From NCBI GenBank assembly GCA_012271265.1, contig JAAXGQ010000015.1, positions 6,153 through 70,152 of the forward strand: 64,000 bases of DNA, given 5' to 3'. The notes below the pieces were generated by a model. The model made no database searches. It saw only the letters and a list, made by a program, of their open reading frames with translations, and was not told where the DNA came from. Source of the stretch: Vicinamibacteraceae bacterium. Lineage in GTDB: Bacteria > Acidobacteriota > Vicinamibacteria > Marinacidobacterales > Marinacidobacteraceae. The translations under genes and the position numbers were made by a program. Shown in pieces: positions 26,568-35,819 of this stretch (the stretch's first letter is position 1; each line of letters opens with the position of its first letter).

Positions 26568-27562
26568 AGACGATCGCGTTCTTCAACAACAAGGGCGGCG
26601 TGGGGAAGACCACGATTGCGTATCACCTCGCGTGGATGTACGCCGACACGGGCCTGAGCGTCGTCGCCGCCGACCTCGACCCTCAGGCCAATTTGACGGC
26701 CATGTTCCTGGACGACAGCAGGTTGGAAGAGGTCTGGCCGGACGATGCCGACCATCCCTTGAGCATTCTCGGCGCCGTGGAGCCGATCCTGCGCGGCATA
26801 GGCGACATCAACCCCGCGCACGGAGAACGCGTTGAGGACCACCTGACGGTGGTGGTCGGAGACCTGGGCCTTTCTCGGTTCGAGGCCCGGCTTGCCACTT
26901 CGTGGCCCGAGTGCATGAACCGGGACGAGGCCGCCTTTCGCGCCCAGTCGGCGTTCTACCGCATCCTTTCGGGCGTAGCGGCGCGTCGGCATGCTGATGT
27001 CGTGTTGATGGATGTCGGCCCGAATCTCGGCGCCATCAATCGCGCTGCCTTGCTCGCAGCGGACTTCGTGGTCTTCCCCCTTGGTCCCGATCTGTTTTCC
27101 CTCCAGGGGCTAAGGAACCTCGGGCCGACGCTCAGCGAATGGCGAGCGGGCTGGCAGGACCGTCTGGACCGCCGCCCGACGGGGCCGGACCTTGCTCTGC
27201 CGGACGGGGGCCCGCATCCCGCCGGCTACGTGGTGATGCAGCATGCGGTCCGGGCGAACCGGCCGGTGCACGCCTGCGAACAGTGGATTCGGCGAATTCC
27301 AGGCGTCTACCGAGTGGAAATCTGCGGCGACGCCGCACCCGCTCCCGCGTCAGGTGCGGACGATCCCTACTGTCTCGGGACACTGAAGCACTACCGGAGC
27401 CTGATTCCGATGGCGCAGGAGGCGCGCAAGCCGGTGTTCGCTCTGAGGGCGGCGGACGGCGCGCTGGGCGGCCATTACTACGCGGTCATGGACTGCCGCG
27501 AAGACTTCGAGAGGCTGGCGCGTTCGATCGCGGACAGTTGCGGCATCGCGGTCCCGGAGTAG
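26564..27562 (+). CDS. ParA/MinD-family (AAA_31/CbiA-like) ATPase with extended C-terminal domain
   Basis: Deviant Walker A FFNNKGGVGKTTIAYHLA and Walker B VLMDVGP. Its ATG overlaps the upstream stop (ATGA), indicating translational coupling. No parB and no centromere-like repeats are nearby. Confidence 0.75.
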   Translation: MKTIAFFNNKGGVGKTTIAYHLAWMYADTGLSVVAADLDPQANLTAMFLDDSRLEEVWPDDADHPLSILGAVEPILRGIGDINPAHGERVEDHLTVVVGDLGLSRFEARLATSWPECMNRDEAAFRAQSAFYRILSGVAARRHADVVLMDVGPNLGAINRAALLAADFVVFPLGPDLFSLQGLRNLGPTLSEWRAGWQDRLDRRPTGPDLALPDGGPHPAGYVVMQHAVRANRPVHACEQWIRRIPGVYRVEICGDAAPAPASGADDPYCLGTLKHYRSLIPMAQEARKPVFALRAADGALGGHYYAVMDCREDFERLARSIADSCGIAVPE

Positions 27563-27671
27563 CCCTGCGGGGCTCGGGGCCTTCCCGCAAGCCGCTGGCA
27601 CGTGTGCGCTTGAGCAGCTGCCGCGACAAACCCGCAGCCGTCGCTCGCGGGGGAGGAAGGACGTAGCTGGA

Positions 27672-27808
27672 GTCCAGGGCGTTCGCCGCCAGAGTGGAGC
27701 GGCACGAATGCCGGGTGGGCGCGGAACTGCCCGGAGCGGAACTCGGCGAGCACATCACCTTCATCATCGGCGCCCTCCTTCCCCAGGGCCGAGGAACTCG
27801 GCATCACC
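27672..27808. repeat. direct repeat B: diverged displaced copy of the HD-gene 3' end (right boundary of the insertion)
   Basis: gttcgccgccagagtggagcggcacgaatgccgggtgggcgcggaactgcccggagcggaactcggcgagcacatcaccttcatcatcggcgccctcc...ctcggcatcacc; it would encode VERHECRVGAEL...EHITFIIGAL, like the HD C-terminus. Confidence 0.85.
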
Positions 27809-27899
27809 TGCCGCCGCCTCCACCGCTGAGCCCCGCGACGCTCGGCACATCCGGGCCGAGGCAGCCGTGCTCTCCCCGGCGAGCTGCGCGAGCTGGTCG

Positions 27900-27957
27900 T
27901 CTGCCCTGTCTGGAGATATATTCCAGATATCTGTAGAAGGGAGAACGCAATGCCGCT
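27900..27957 (+). promoter_or_regulatory. AT-rich promoter/operator region upstream of mazE, with inverted repeat AGATAT-N7-ATATCT
   Basis: ctggagatatattccagatatctgtagaagggagaacgcaATG. GC drops sharply here against the 70% background. The palindrome spans 27914-27932 and a GGGAG RBS lies 8 nt before the ATG. Confidence 0.5.
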
Positions 27958-28189
27958 GACGACGCAGGTGGTTCGCTGGGGAGCGAGCCTCGCAGTACGG
28001 ATCCCGAAGCCAGTCGCCGAACACTGGGGCGTTCGGGAAGGCGTCGTCGTGGACCTCGTGCCCGGTCGCAACCAGGTGATCCTGCGCAAGAAACGTTACG
28101 AATTGAAGGCGCTGGTCGCGGGCATCACGCCGACAAACCGCCATGGGGAAACCGACTGGGGCGATGCGAAGGGCGCCGAGGCGTGGTGA
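27958..28189 (+). CDS. mazE: AbrB/MazE-family (SpoVT/AbrB fold) antitoxin
   Basis: VRWGASLAVRIPKPVAEHWGVREGVVVDLV is a swapped-hairpin AbrB/MazE fold. A toxin gene lies directly downstream and overlaps it. Confidence 0.75.
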
Positions 28190-28524
28190 CCGACCTCCAT
28201 ATGCCCGACCGGGGCGACCTGGTGTGGCTCAACTTCACCCCCCACGCGGGACATGAACAGGCGGGCCATCGTCCGGCACTGGTGGTGAGCCCGAAGGAAT
28301 ACAACTCGAAGTCCAGCCTTGCCCTCTTGTGCCCTGTCACATCCGCGACCCGGGGCTATCCCTTCGAGGTGGCACTGCCCACGAGTGGACCCATCAGCGG
28401 TGTGGTGCTCGCCGATCAGATCCGCAGCCTGGATTGGCGGGCGCGGGGTCTTCGGTTCGCCGCCAAGGCCCCGCCGCGAGTCGTTGCAGAGGTGCTCGGC
28501 AAGGTGTCTACGCTGGTGGGCTGA
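28183..28524 (+). CDS. mazF: MazF/PemK-family endoribonuclease toxin
   Basis: PDRGDLVWLNFTPHAGHEQAGHRPALVVS...LLCPVTS matches the MazF/Kid consensus. The ATG at 28201 is the likely true start. Confidence 0.8.
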   Translation: MVTDLHMPDRGDLVWLNFTPHAGHEQAGHRPALVVSPKEYNSKSSLALLCPVTSATRGYPFEVALPTSGPISGVVLADQIRSLDWRARGLRFAAKAPPRVVAEVLGKVSTLVG

Positions 28525-28542
28525 ACGGAATCACTCGCCACC

Positions 28543-29265
28543 ATGCGGCGCGTCTGGCGGGCCGCAGGGCTCGACAGGAAACTCCGGGACCACCTGGCGG
28601 TACTGATCCAGCGGACCGCCGGCATCCGCGGGATCCGGTTGCGCACCGAGCTGTTCGACCGCGTGCAGATCCACCGCAACAACCAGATCTACCGGTTTCT
28701 TCTGCGGGTGTGCCGGCTGGTTCATGAAGAGGCCATCCCCGAAGCGGATGGGGACGATTTCGACTTCCCCGACTACGACCTCGGCGACGCCGAGACCGGC
28801 GTACTCTTCGAGACCGCGGTCCGCAACGTCCTCCGGATCGAAGCCCCCGACCTCCGCGTTCCGCCCGGCAACACGCAGATTCACTGGCGAGACGCGACGG
28901 CCCCCGAAGGACCCGGCCTCCCGCTGATGTACGCCGACATCGCGGTCCGCCGCAAAGGACCGGATCCGGTCCTCGTCGAAATCAAGTGCGTGAGGGAACC
29001 GTTCACGCAGGGGAAGCTCCGCTCGGGCCACCTGCACCAGGTGTTCGCCTACCTGAAGAACTACCCGGGCGGCGGTCCGCCGATTCCCGGCTGGCTCCTC
29101 TACGCCACCGTCGGCGACAGCTTCCGCTACTCCGGCGCCCTCGACGGACACCCGCTGCACGTTCGGTCGCTCGACCTCGCGAGACCCTGGCCAGGAGTCG
29201 CTGCCGGCCTCCGTCGGTTCGCGAAGGAATTGAGACGCCCACCGGATGGCGCCGGCGCCGCCTGA
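28543..29265 (+). CDS. PD-(D/E)xK nuclease, McrC-like (orphan, possibly N-terminally truncated)
   Basis: VLFETAVRNVL resembles the McrC LFExFV element, and YADIAV...VLVEIKCV is a D...E-x-K catalytic triad arrangement. At 240 aa it is shorter than canonical McrC, and no McrB-like GTPase is adjacent. Confidence 0.45.
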   Translation: MRRVWRAAGLDRKLRDHLAVLIQRTAGIRGIRLRTELFDRVQIHRNNQIYRFLLRVCRLVHEEAIPEADGDDFDFPDYDLGDAETGVLFETAVRNVLRIEAPDLRVPPGNTQIHWRDATAPEGPGLPLMYADIAVRRKGPDPVLVEIKCVREPFTQGKLRSGHLHQVFAYLKNYPGGGPPIPGWLLYATVGDSFRYSGALDGHPLHVRSLDLARPWPGVAAGLRRFAKELRRPPDGAGAA

Positions 29266-29362
29266 CCGGCTGGCTGGTGAAGCGAGGCGCGGCGCGCGAC
29301 GACGTGGGATGGCCTTCACCAGGTAGCCCGTTGGGCTTCCTGCGGCGCGCACGAGGACGCAT

Positions 29363-29500
29363 GTCCAGATCCGGAACGTTCCCGTCGAGCTGCACCGTCG
29401 CCTGAAGGCGCGGGCTGCGATGGAGGGGCTGTCCGGTTCCGTCTTCGTCCGTCGGTTGATCGAAAGCGTCGGTCAACCGCCCCAACCAGGCAGAGATGGG
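29363..29500 (+). pseudogene. degraded ribbon-helix-helix antitoxin (VapB/FitA-like, COG4423 type)
   Basis: Frame translation VQIRNVPVELHRRLKARAAMEGLSGSVFVRRLIE is a textbook RHH antitoxin N-terminus. There is no in-frame start codon upstream (a stop lies at 29324-29326), and no cognate VapC-like toxin follows. Confidence 0.4.
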
Positions 29501-29559
29501 GATCATCGACGCCCTCGCCGCCCCGCCTCCGGTGGAGAGGGGAGGTTCTGCGGCGGAGG

Positions 29560-29618
29560 TCCATGACCGCCTGCGGCGGTGGCCGGTGAGGACACCGGCG
29601 CTCCAGGCGGGCAGGGCG
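29560..29618. repeat. solo copy of the GC-rich palindromic repeat
   Basis: ggccggtgaggacaccggcgctccaggcgggcagggcgg is the TIR-R-type variant seen in the 39.1-40.3 kb array. Confidence 0.7.
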
Positions 29619-29640
29619 GGTGGCGATGGGCGGGTGGGGA

Positions 29641-32343
29641 TCAGAAAGAGGGGGCGAAGAGGACGGCGTTCAGAAAGAGCCGGGTGAGGCCGTCCCAGAA
29701 GAGGCGGAAGTTCGGGTCGTCGAGAAAAAGGACCACCCGGCCGGCGCCGACGCGCTCCGTCACGACGTAGGGCGTGCCGGCGAGGCGTTCGAGGGAGTCG
29801 GGGAAGGCAAAGCCGCTGCCGAGGAGCGCGGCGGGATCGTCGGGGAAGCGGGCCCCGGCGGCGACCATCGGGTCCGGCTCGAAGGCGAGGCTCGACCAGA
29901 CCATGACCGGGAACGGTTCCGGGTAGCCGAAGCTGAGGAAGCTCTCGGGATTCGGCAGGACCCGGAGGATGGCGCCGGGGATCACCTCCGCGGCCAGGTC
30001 GGACGGAGCCGCGTCGGACGGGGGATCGTCGGGGCGGCCGCCGTCGGTCATGAACGACGACTTCGCCGCGACGCCGGGCTGGAGCCGCGAACGGGTCCAC
30101 TCCACGTTTTCCCCCGCGAGCCAGGCCGAGGCGCCGCGCATCGCGACGAGGGTTCCCCCGCCCCGAACCCAGGCGCCGAGGTGGTCGAGGATCGACGCGG
30201 CGGCTGGATCGCTGGCGGGGTCGGGGAAGCCTCCGTCGGGCAGAACAAGCACCCGGTAGCGGCGCAGGTCCGTCGCGGCGAGTCGACCCCACGGGAGCGC
30301 GGTGAACGGCAACCGGACGCGCCGCTCGAAGAGATGCCAGGCGTGGCCGTAGGCGGAGGGACGGATGGGGCCGTCCATGACCATCGCGACCGCGCCGGTG
30401 CGCACCGGGACGAAGCGGTCGGAGCCGAGGTGGGGTCCGGCGGCGGTCAACGGGTCGTCCACGCCGGTGATCCGGGCCCCCGAAGCGGCGAGGTCGGCGA
30501 GTCCGGATCGCAGGCTGCCGGGGTCCGGGGCTTCCCCGGCCAGGACGAGCAGCGAGCCTCGGTCGTAGTCGCGCCCGTCCTTTTCGAAGGACGCGGTGGC
30601 GGCGCGGAACGGAACCTCGTTGTTCCGCAGCCAGACGGCCGCCCGGGCGGCGTGATCCGAATCGCCCCGGACCAGGAAGGCGAACGCGGCGTCCGGCCGC
30701 TCGAAGGCGCCGGAGGTGGGTGACGGCTCGGCGACCGGATCGGTCGGAAACGGGAGGAGGTCCGACGCACTCTCCGGAGGCAGGCCGGCGGCGTCCGCGA
30801 CGACCCACGCGGGGAGGCGGTACGTCAGCGGGACCGACCACGCGGTGATGTCGTAGAAGGCGTCGGCGGTGGTCCAGATGTCCGGGTGGGCGAAGCCCGG
30901 GTCGCGGCGACGCTCCCGATGCTCGTCCACCTGGTCCAGGAACGCCTCGCTGAACCGGGCGTCCTCTTCGAGGAACACCTGCGCCAGCCGCCCCTCGGGC
31001 TGGTCGCGGGCAACGACCAGGCTGCCCGCCGGCAGGCGGACCTCGCCGGCCGGGCCCCGGGCCGGGAACATGGGCCGGGCGCCGGCCAGCACCGCTTCCG
31101 CGGTGGTCCGGCGGACCTCCACCCCGGCACGCAGCAGGAGGCCCCGCACGGCATCGAGCCGGGCCGGGTCGGCGTCGCCGGAAACCACCCACCCGGCCGG
31201 CTCTCCGGCGCCGTCGAGCACGTCGCGGCGGTAGGCGAGGTAGTCGTTGAGGCGCCGCTCCCGGCGCTCCGCGGTGAAGGCGAGGAGGCTGCGGTCGGCG
31301 ACCAGGTGCTGCTCGATCCCGTCGCGCAGCGTGTATTCGCCGCCGCCGGGCTTTTCGATGCGCAGCCCGCGCCAGCCGCCGCCGGTCGTCTCCAGGGTGA
31401 AGCCGATGGACCCGGTGAAGTTCGGCAGGGTGTCCCAGTAGCCGGGATCGAACTGGCCGAACTCCCAGGCGCTGTAGGGGTACCCGGCAGCGGCGAAATC
31501 GCGCGCCATCCGGGCGCCGAATTCCCGGAGCCAGCCGCGCTGGTTTGCGGTCAGGACAGCGTGCAGCGGCTCCACCATCCACGGGCCGATGTAGGAGTCC
31601 GTCTCGCCGTGGTGATCCACGAAGACCATGGGGCGGGTTTCGAGGTAGAGCCGGAGGAGCGCCCGGTTTTCCGGCTGGGTGCTCCAGACGGAATCCCGGT
31701 TCAGGTTGATCTGGTAGTGGTTGTTGTTCGTCGAAAGGCCCCAGGGGGCGCGGTGCTCGGCGGCGTTCGGGTCGGGGTCGCCGTCCGGCCAGCGGGCGGT
31801 GGCCTTGAACCAGGCAGCGAACCGTTCGTGGCTGTCCGGGTTCGACGCGGGGACGATGTAGACCACGGTGTCGTCCAGAAGGCTGTCGTAGCGTCCGTCG
31901 AGGAGCTCCCACGCCATCCAGAGCGCCGCCTCGAAGGCCGCGGACTCGTTGCCGTCATTGCCGTAGTTCAGGAACACGCCGGCAGGCGTGCGGGCGATGA
32001 TGGCCTCCGCTTCCTCGTCGCCGAGGTCCCGGGGGTCGGCGAGGCGCCGGGTGTCGGCCTGGATCTCGTTCAGCCTTGCCAGGTTGCCCGGGGTGCTGAT
32101 CGTCAGCAGGATCAGCTCACGATGCTCGAGGCTTTCGCCGAAGGTCGAGATCCTCAGGCGCCCCGAGTGCCGGATCGCGTCGAGGTAGCGGTAGAGCCCG
32201 TCGTAGGTGGTCAGCGACGCGCCCATCGGAAACCCGAGCACGTCTTCGGGCGACGGGATCGCCGCATCGTCCTGGGCCTCTACCGAGGGGATGTTCGCGA
32301 GTCCCAGCACGAGGAGCGAACGAATCAGGCCACGGGAAATCAT
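29641..32343 (-). CDS. M14-family zinc carboxypeptidase with large C-terminal extension, secreted
   Basis: Signal peptide MISRGLIRSLLVLGLANIPSVEA; M14 zinc-ligand region LILLTISTPGN...IVPASNPDSHE...FVDHHGE (HxxE...H). Start at the Met at 32343; the upstream extension in the ORF track runs through a repeat copy. Confidence 0.8.
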   Translation of the reverse strand: MISRGLIRSLLVLGLANIPSVEAQDDAAIPSPEDVLGFPMGASLTTYDGLYRYLDAIRHSGRLRISTFGESLEHRELILLTISTPGNLARLNEIQADTRRLADPRDLGDEEAEAIIARTPAGVFLNYGNDGNESAAFEAALWMAWELLDGRYDSLLDDTVVYIVPASNPDSHERFAAWFKATARWPDGDPDPNAAEHRAPWGLSTNNNHYQINLNRDSVWSTQPENRALLRLYLETRPMVFVDHHGETDSYIGPWMVEPLHAVLTANQRGWLREFGARMARDFAAAGYPYSAWEFGQFDPGYWDTLPNFTGSIGFTLETTGGGWRGLRIEKPGGGEYTLRDGIEQHLVADRSLLAFTAERRERRLNDYLAYRRDVLDGAGEPAGWVVSGDADPARLDAVRGLLLRAGVEVRRTTAEAVLAGARPMFPARGPAGEVRLPAGSLVVARDQPEGRLAQVFLEEDARFSEAFLDQVDEHRERRRDPGFAHPDIWTTADAFYDITAWSVPLTYRLPAWVVADAAGLPPESASDLLPFPTDPVAEPSPTSGAFERPDAAFAFLVRGDSDHAARAAVWLRNNEVPFRAATASFEKDGRDYDRGSLLVLAGEAPDPGSLRSGLADLAASGARITGVDDPLTAAGPHLGSDRFVPVRTGAVAMVMDGPIRPSAYGHAWHLFERRVRLPFTALPWGRLAATDLRRYRVLVLPDGGFPDPASDPAAASILDHLGAWVRGGGTLVAMRGASAWLAGENVEWTRSRLQPGVAAKSSFMTDGGRPDDPPSDAAPSDLAAEVIPGAILRVLPNPESFLSFGYPEPFPVMVWSSLAFEPDPMVAAGARFPDDPAALLGSGFAFPDSLERLAGTPYVVTERVGAGRVVLFLDDPNFRLFWDGLTRLFLNAVLFAPSF

Positions 32344-32397
32344 GCGGGCGGGCCTCCGCTGCAAGGAACGAGTAAAGAGCGGCACGACCCGCGCGGA

Positions 32398-32468
32398 ACC
32401 CCCGCGCCCACCTGGAGCGCCGGCGTCCTCGCCGGCCTGCGCCGCACCGTCCGAGGACGCCGGCGCTC
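32398..32468. repeat. minimal palindromic repeat element (both inverted termini with a short spacer)
   Basis: ggagcgccggcgtcctcgccggcctgcgccgcaccgtccgaggacgccggcgctcc has the two TIR cores in inverted orientation separated by about 12 bp. Confidence 0.8.
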
Positions 32469-32844
32469 CATAGGGCGTCGCGATGGCTGGCGGGATGCGC
32501 CTCCCGCCAGCTCGATTGCGCCAATATTCGGATTGACATGAATGAAACGTGACTTGTTGGTGACAATACGACGACTTTCCGGCCGACTCCATGTTCCGTG
32601 GCTTGCGTCCCAGGTTCACGGTTGCCCCGAGACGATCCCGACCGTTCTAATGGCGTTGACGGATGCGATGTGAACCAGATGGCTCTCGTGAGCTGCTCGC
32701 TCTTTGTGGATTCTGCTTGGCAGTCCCCGGTCACCCGACCTCCGGATGGACGGTGACGGCGAACCATCGGAACGCGCCGTCGCGCGTTCCGGACGACTTC
32801 TCAACCCCACGATCGTTCTCTCAGCAAGGAGGGTAGTTCGTACC

Positions 32845-35700
32845 ATGCAGCCAGCACGACAACGACTTCGCATGGCGCCGCTCGCCGCGCTTCTTTCTGC
32901 CGGAGCCCTGGTCGCTCTACCCGGCGCGGCCGCGGCCCAGGTCGTTGGTGGAAACATCGCGGGCACGGTGGCGGATGGACAGGGGGGAGCGCTTCCCGGA
33001 GCCACCGTCACGGTCCTGAACACCGGGACCGGATTCGCGCAGGTGCTCACGACCGGCTCCTCCGGCTCCTTCCGCGCGGTGGCGCTCCAACCGGGGCTCT
33101 ACGAGGTCACGGCAGAACTCTCCGGATTCGCCACCCAGCGACAGGAGATCGAGCTGCTCATGGGCTACGAGGTCGAGACCGAGTTCGTTCTCGATCTCGC
33201 CGGGGTCGAAGAGACCGTGACCATCACGGCGGAGGCGCCGCTGGTCGAGCTCACGAAGGCGCAGCCGTCTTCGGTGGTGACGAACGAACAGGTGGAGGAT
33301 CTTCCGGTGCTGAACCGGAATTTCCTGGCCCTTGCGACGATCATGCCGGGCGCCACCCCGCACTACCAGAAATTCGCGGCGGTGAAGTTCGGAGGAGCGG
33401 CCGACCAGCGGAACGCCTATTCGACCCTGATCGACGGTGGCGACATCGACGACGCCATCTGGGGGAACCCCTCGATCAACATCGCGCAGGATGCGGTGCA
33501 GGAGTTCAAGGTCTATCGAAACCAGTTCGATGCGCAGTACGGCGCCGCCCTCACCGCGGTGGTGACGACGCTGACCAAGTCGGGGACGAACGACCTGAGC
33601 GGCACCGGCTACGTCTTCGCCCGCGACGAGCGGTTCAGCTCGAAGAACGAGTTTGCCGACGAGAAGCCTCCCTTTGACGAGCGGCGCCTTGGCGCCACGC
33701 TGGGCGGCCCGGTCGTGCGTGACCGGACCCACTTCTTCGGCAGCGTGGAGTACCACAGCGTGGCGAACAGCCGGATCATTTCCCTCCCGCCCAGCAATCC
33801 GTTCTCGGCGCGCGAGAACGGCGTGTTCGAGGCCGGAACGACGAAGCAACTCGCTCTCGCGAAGCTTGATCACCGCTTCAACGCCGACAACGCTCTCTTC
33901 ATCCGGTATTCGCTCGACAACTACAACGGCGAGCGGACGAACACGCCAACCTCGGCGACCCAGTTCGTGGACGATCACACCCGGGCCCACAGCGTGGTCG
34001 TGGAGGACAACTGGATTCTGTCGGCGGACACCGTGAACACCGTCCGCTTCCACTACCTGAATCACAACGTCGAAACGACGCCCCACAGCTTCGATCCGGG
34101 CATCAACCGCCCGTCGGTGACCACCGGACAGAACTTCACGCTTCCGCAGTTCTTCCCCCGGGAGCGTTTCTCGTTCTACGAGACCTTGTACATCAACAAG
34201 GCGAACCACAACATCAAGATCGGCGGCGACTTCACCACCGCAACCCATGAGTTCGAGGCGCACTTCAACGAGAGCGGGCAGTGGCACTTCGATACCGACG
34301 CTCCGTTCGACCCGAACGATCCGGCAACCCATCCCTACGCCTTCGTCAAGCAGACGCCGGGCTTCTACGAATACAACTCGAACCAGATCGGCCTCTATCT
34401 GCAGGATGACTGGCAGGCGGCGGACAACGTGCAGATGAACCTCGGTCTTCGTTACGACCTCGACACGAACATCCGCCTCAATGACACCTACGACGAAATC
34501 CGGGCCAACCCGGCGTACAGCGGGATCGACAATTTCGTCAGCGCGAACCGGGGCACCGACGCCAACAACATCCAGCCGAGGGTGGGGCTCACCTGGGACG
34601 TCGGCGGGCGGGGAACGTTCGTCGTACGCGGCGGGGTCGGACAGTACGTGACCCGGAACCGTCCCTGGTTCCAGCTCACCACGCAGGACCGGCTGGTCGG
34701 GACCGCGGTTCGGATCGGCGATCCGGCGCTGCTCGCCAACTACCCGGATCAGAACGCGACGCTCGGCGGCAAGAGCCTCGAGGAATTCGTGTTGGGCGGC
34801 GCCCGGTCGGTGTTCCTCATTGACGACGACTACCAGCTTCCCCAGTCCCTCACGGCGACGGTCGGCTTCGGATGGCAGATGAACCCGCAGACGTCGCTCG
34901 ACGTGGACCTCGTCCACAGTTACGCGGACAAGCAGCTCGGGGCCCTCGACTACAACCTGCCGGCGGCCGGGCGCATCAGCGCCGACAACCCGCGCCCGAT
35001 CAGCGGATTCAGCGAGGTGAAGGTCATGACGAACTTCACCGAGACCTGGTACAACGCCGTGGAGGTCCAGCTTCGACGGCGCGTGCGCGGCGGCGACAGC
35101 CTCCAGGCGTCCTACACGCTGTCGCGGAGCTACCGCAACGGGGTGGGCCACTATCAGTGGTATCCCGGAACCATGCGGGACTTCATGAGCGGAGCCCGCA
35201 ACGAAGAGGGCTACAGCGACCTCGACAACCGCCACAACCTCACCCTCGCGGGGTCCACGATCCTTCCCTGGGACATCCAGGTGAGCGGCATCTTCCGCAT
35301 CCTGAGCGGACAGCCGGTGCGCGCCGAAGCGGGCTTCGACATCGATGGCGACAACCAGCGCCAGCACGACAAGCCGCCCGGGCTCGAACACACTGTGGGC
35401 CGGAGCAACGTGAATGAGGCGCTCGGGATCATCAACGATCTCAGAGCGACCCGCGGCCTCAGTCCCATCGACGGTTCGCTGCTCGACCTCGATACCTTCG
35501 TCACCCTGGACTTCCGGCTCACGAAGATCTTCCCGTTCGGCGCGGCCCAGCAACTCGAGCTCTTCCTCGAGGGCTACAACCTGACGAACCACGTGAACTA
35601 CTACGGGTCGAACCGGAACATCATTTCCGGTTCGTTCATGGTGCGCCGTCGCGCGCGCGACGCCCGGCAGTTCCAGGGAGGAATCCGGTACCGGTTCTAG
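32845..35700 (+). CDS. TonB-dependent receptor with N-terminal carboxypeptidase-regulatory-like domain
   Basis: Signal peptide; CarbopepD_reg-like stretch GTVADGQGGALPGATVTVLNTGTG...SFRAVALQPGLYEV; plug-domain motifs; C-terminal beta-barrel ending in aromatic RYRF. Strong RBS AAGGAGGG before the ATG at 32845. Confidence 0.85.
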   Translation: MQPARQRLRMAPLAALLSAGALVALPGAAAAQVVGGNIAGTVADGQGGALPGATVTVLNTGTGFAQVLTTGSSGSFRAVALQPGLYEVTAELSGFATQRQEIELLMGYEVETEFVLDLAGVEETVTITAEAPLVELTKAQPSSVVTNEQVEDLPVLNRNFLALATIMPGATPHYQKFAAVKFGGAADQRNAYSTLIDGGDIDDAIWGNPSINIAQDAVQEFKVYRNQFDAQYGAALTAVVTTLTKSGTNDLSGTGYVFARDERFSSKNEFADEKPPFDERRLGATLGGPVVRDRTHFFGSVEYHSVANSRIISLPPSNPFSARENGVFEAGTTKQLALAKLDHRFNADNALFIRYSLDNYNGERTNTPTSATQFVDDHTRAHSVVVEDNWILSADTVNTVRFHYLNHNVETTPHSFDPGINRPSVTTGQNFTLPQFFPRERFSFYETLYINKANHNIKIGGDFTTATHEFEAHFNESGQWHFDTDAPFDPNDPATHPYAFVKQTPGFYEYNSNQIGLYLQDDWQAADNVQMNLGLRYDLDTNIRLNDTYDEIRANPAYSGIDNFVSANRGTDANNIQPRVGLTWDVGGRGTFVVRGGVGQYVTRNRPWFQLTTQDRLVGTAVRIGDPALLANYPDQNATLGGKSLEEFVLGGARSVFLIDDDYQLPQSLTATVGFGWQMNPQTSLDVDLVHSYADKQLGALDYNLPAAGRISADNPRPISGFSEVKVMTNFTETWYNAVEVQLRRRVRGGDSLQASYTLSRSYRNGVGHYQWYPGTMRDFMSGARNEEGYSDLDNRHNLTLAGSTILPWDIQVSGIFRILSGQPVRAEAGFDIDGDNQRQHDKPPGLEHTVGRSNVNEALGIINDLRATRGLSPIDGSLLDLDTFVTLDFRLTKIFPFGAAQQLELFLEGYNLTNHVNYYGSNRNIISGSFMVRRRARDARQFQGGIRYRF

Positions 35701-35819
35701 ACCGCCGGTCGACCGATGGCGGGGCTCGCCGCCGCCCGCCCGCGCGGCGGCGGCCCGATTCCCAAGCCGCCGACCGTCCGCGTCCGGTTCGCGGGTCGGC
35801 GGCGGGAAGGAGAGGTGAC

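Noticed and set aside
26564-27562. Plasmid/chromosome partition locus (parAB)
   Set aside because: A ParA-type ATPase is present, but there is no ParB homolog, no parS-like repeats and no replication gene; the partner is a Schlafen/HATPase protein instead.
25222-29640. Integrase or transposase associated with the insertions
   Set aside because: No ORF in or near either insertion has recombinase (R..H..R..Y or serine recombinase) or DDE motifs. The mobilising enzyme, if any, is outside the window or lost.
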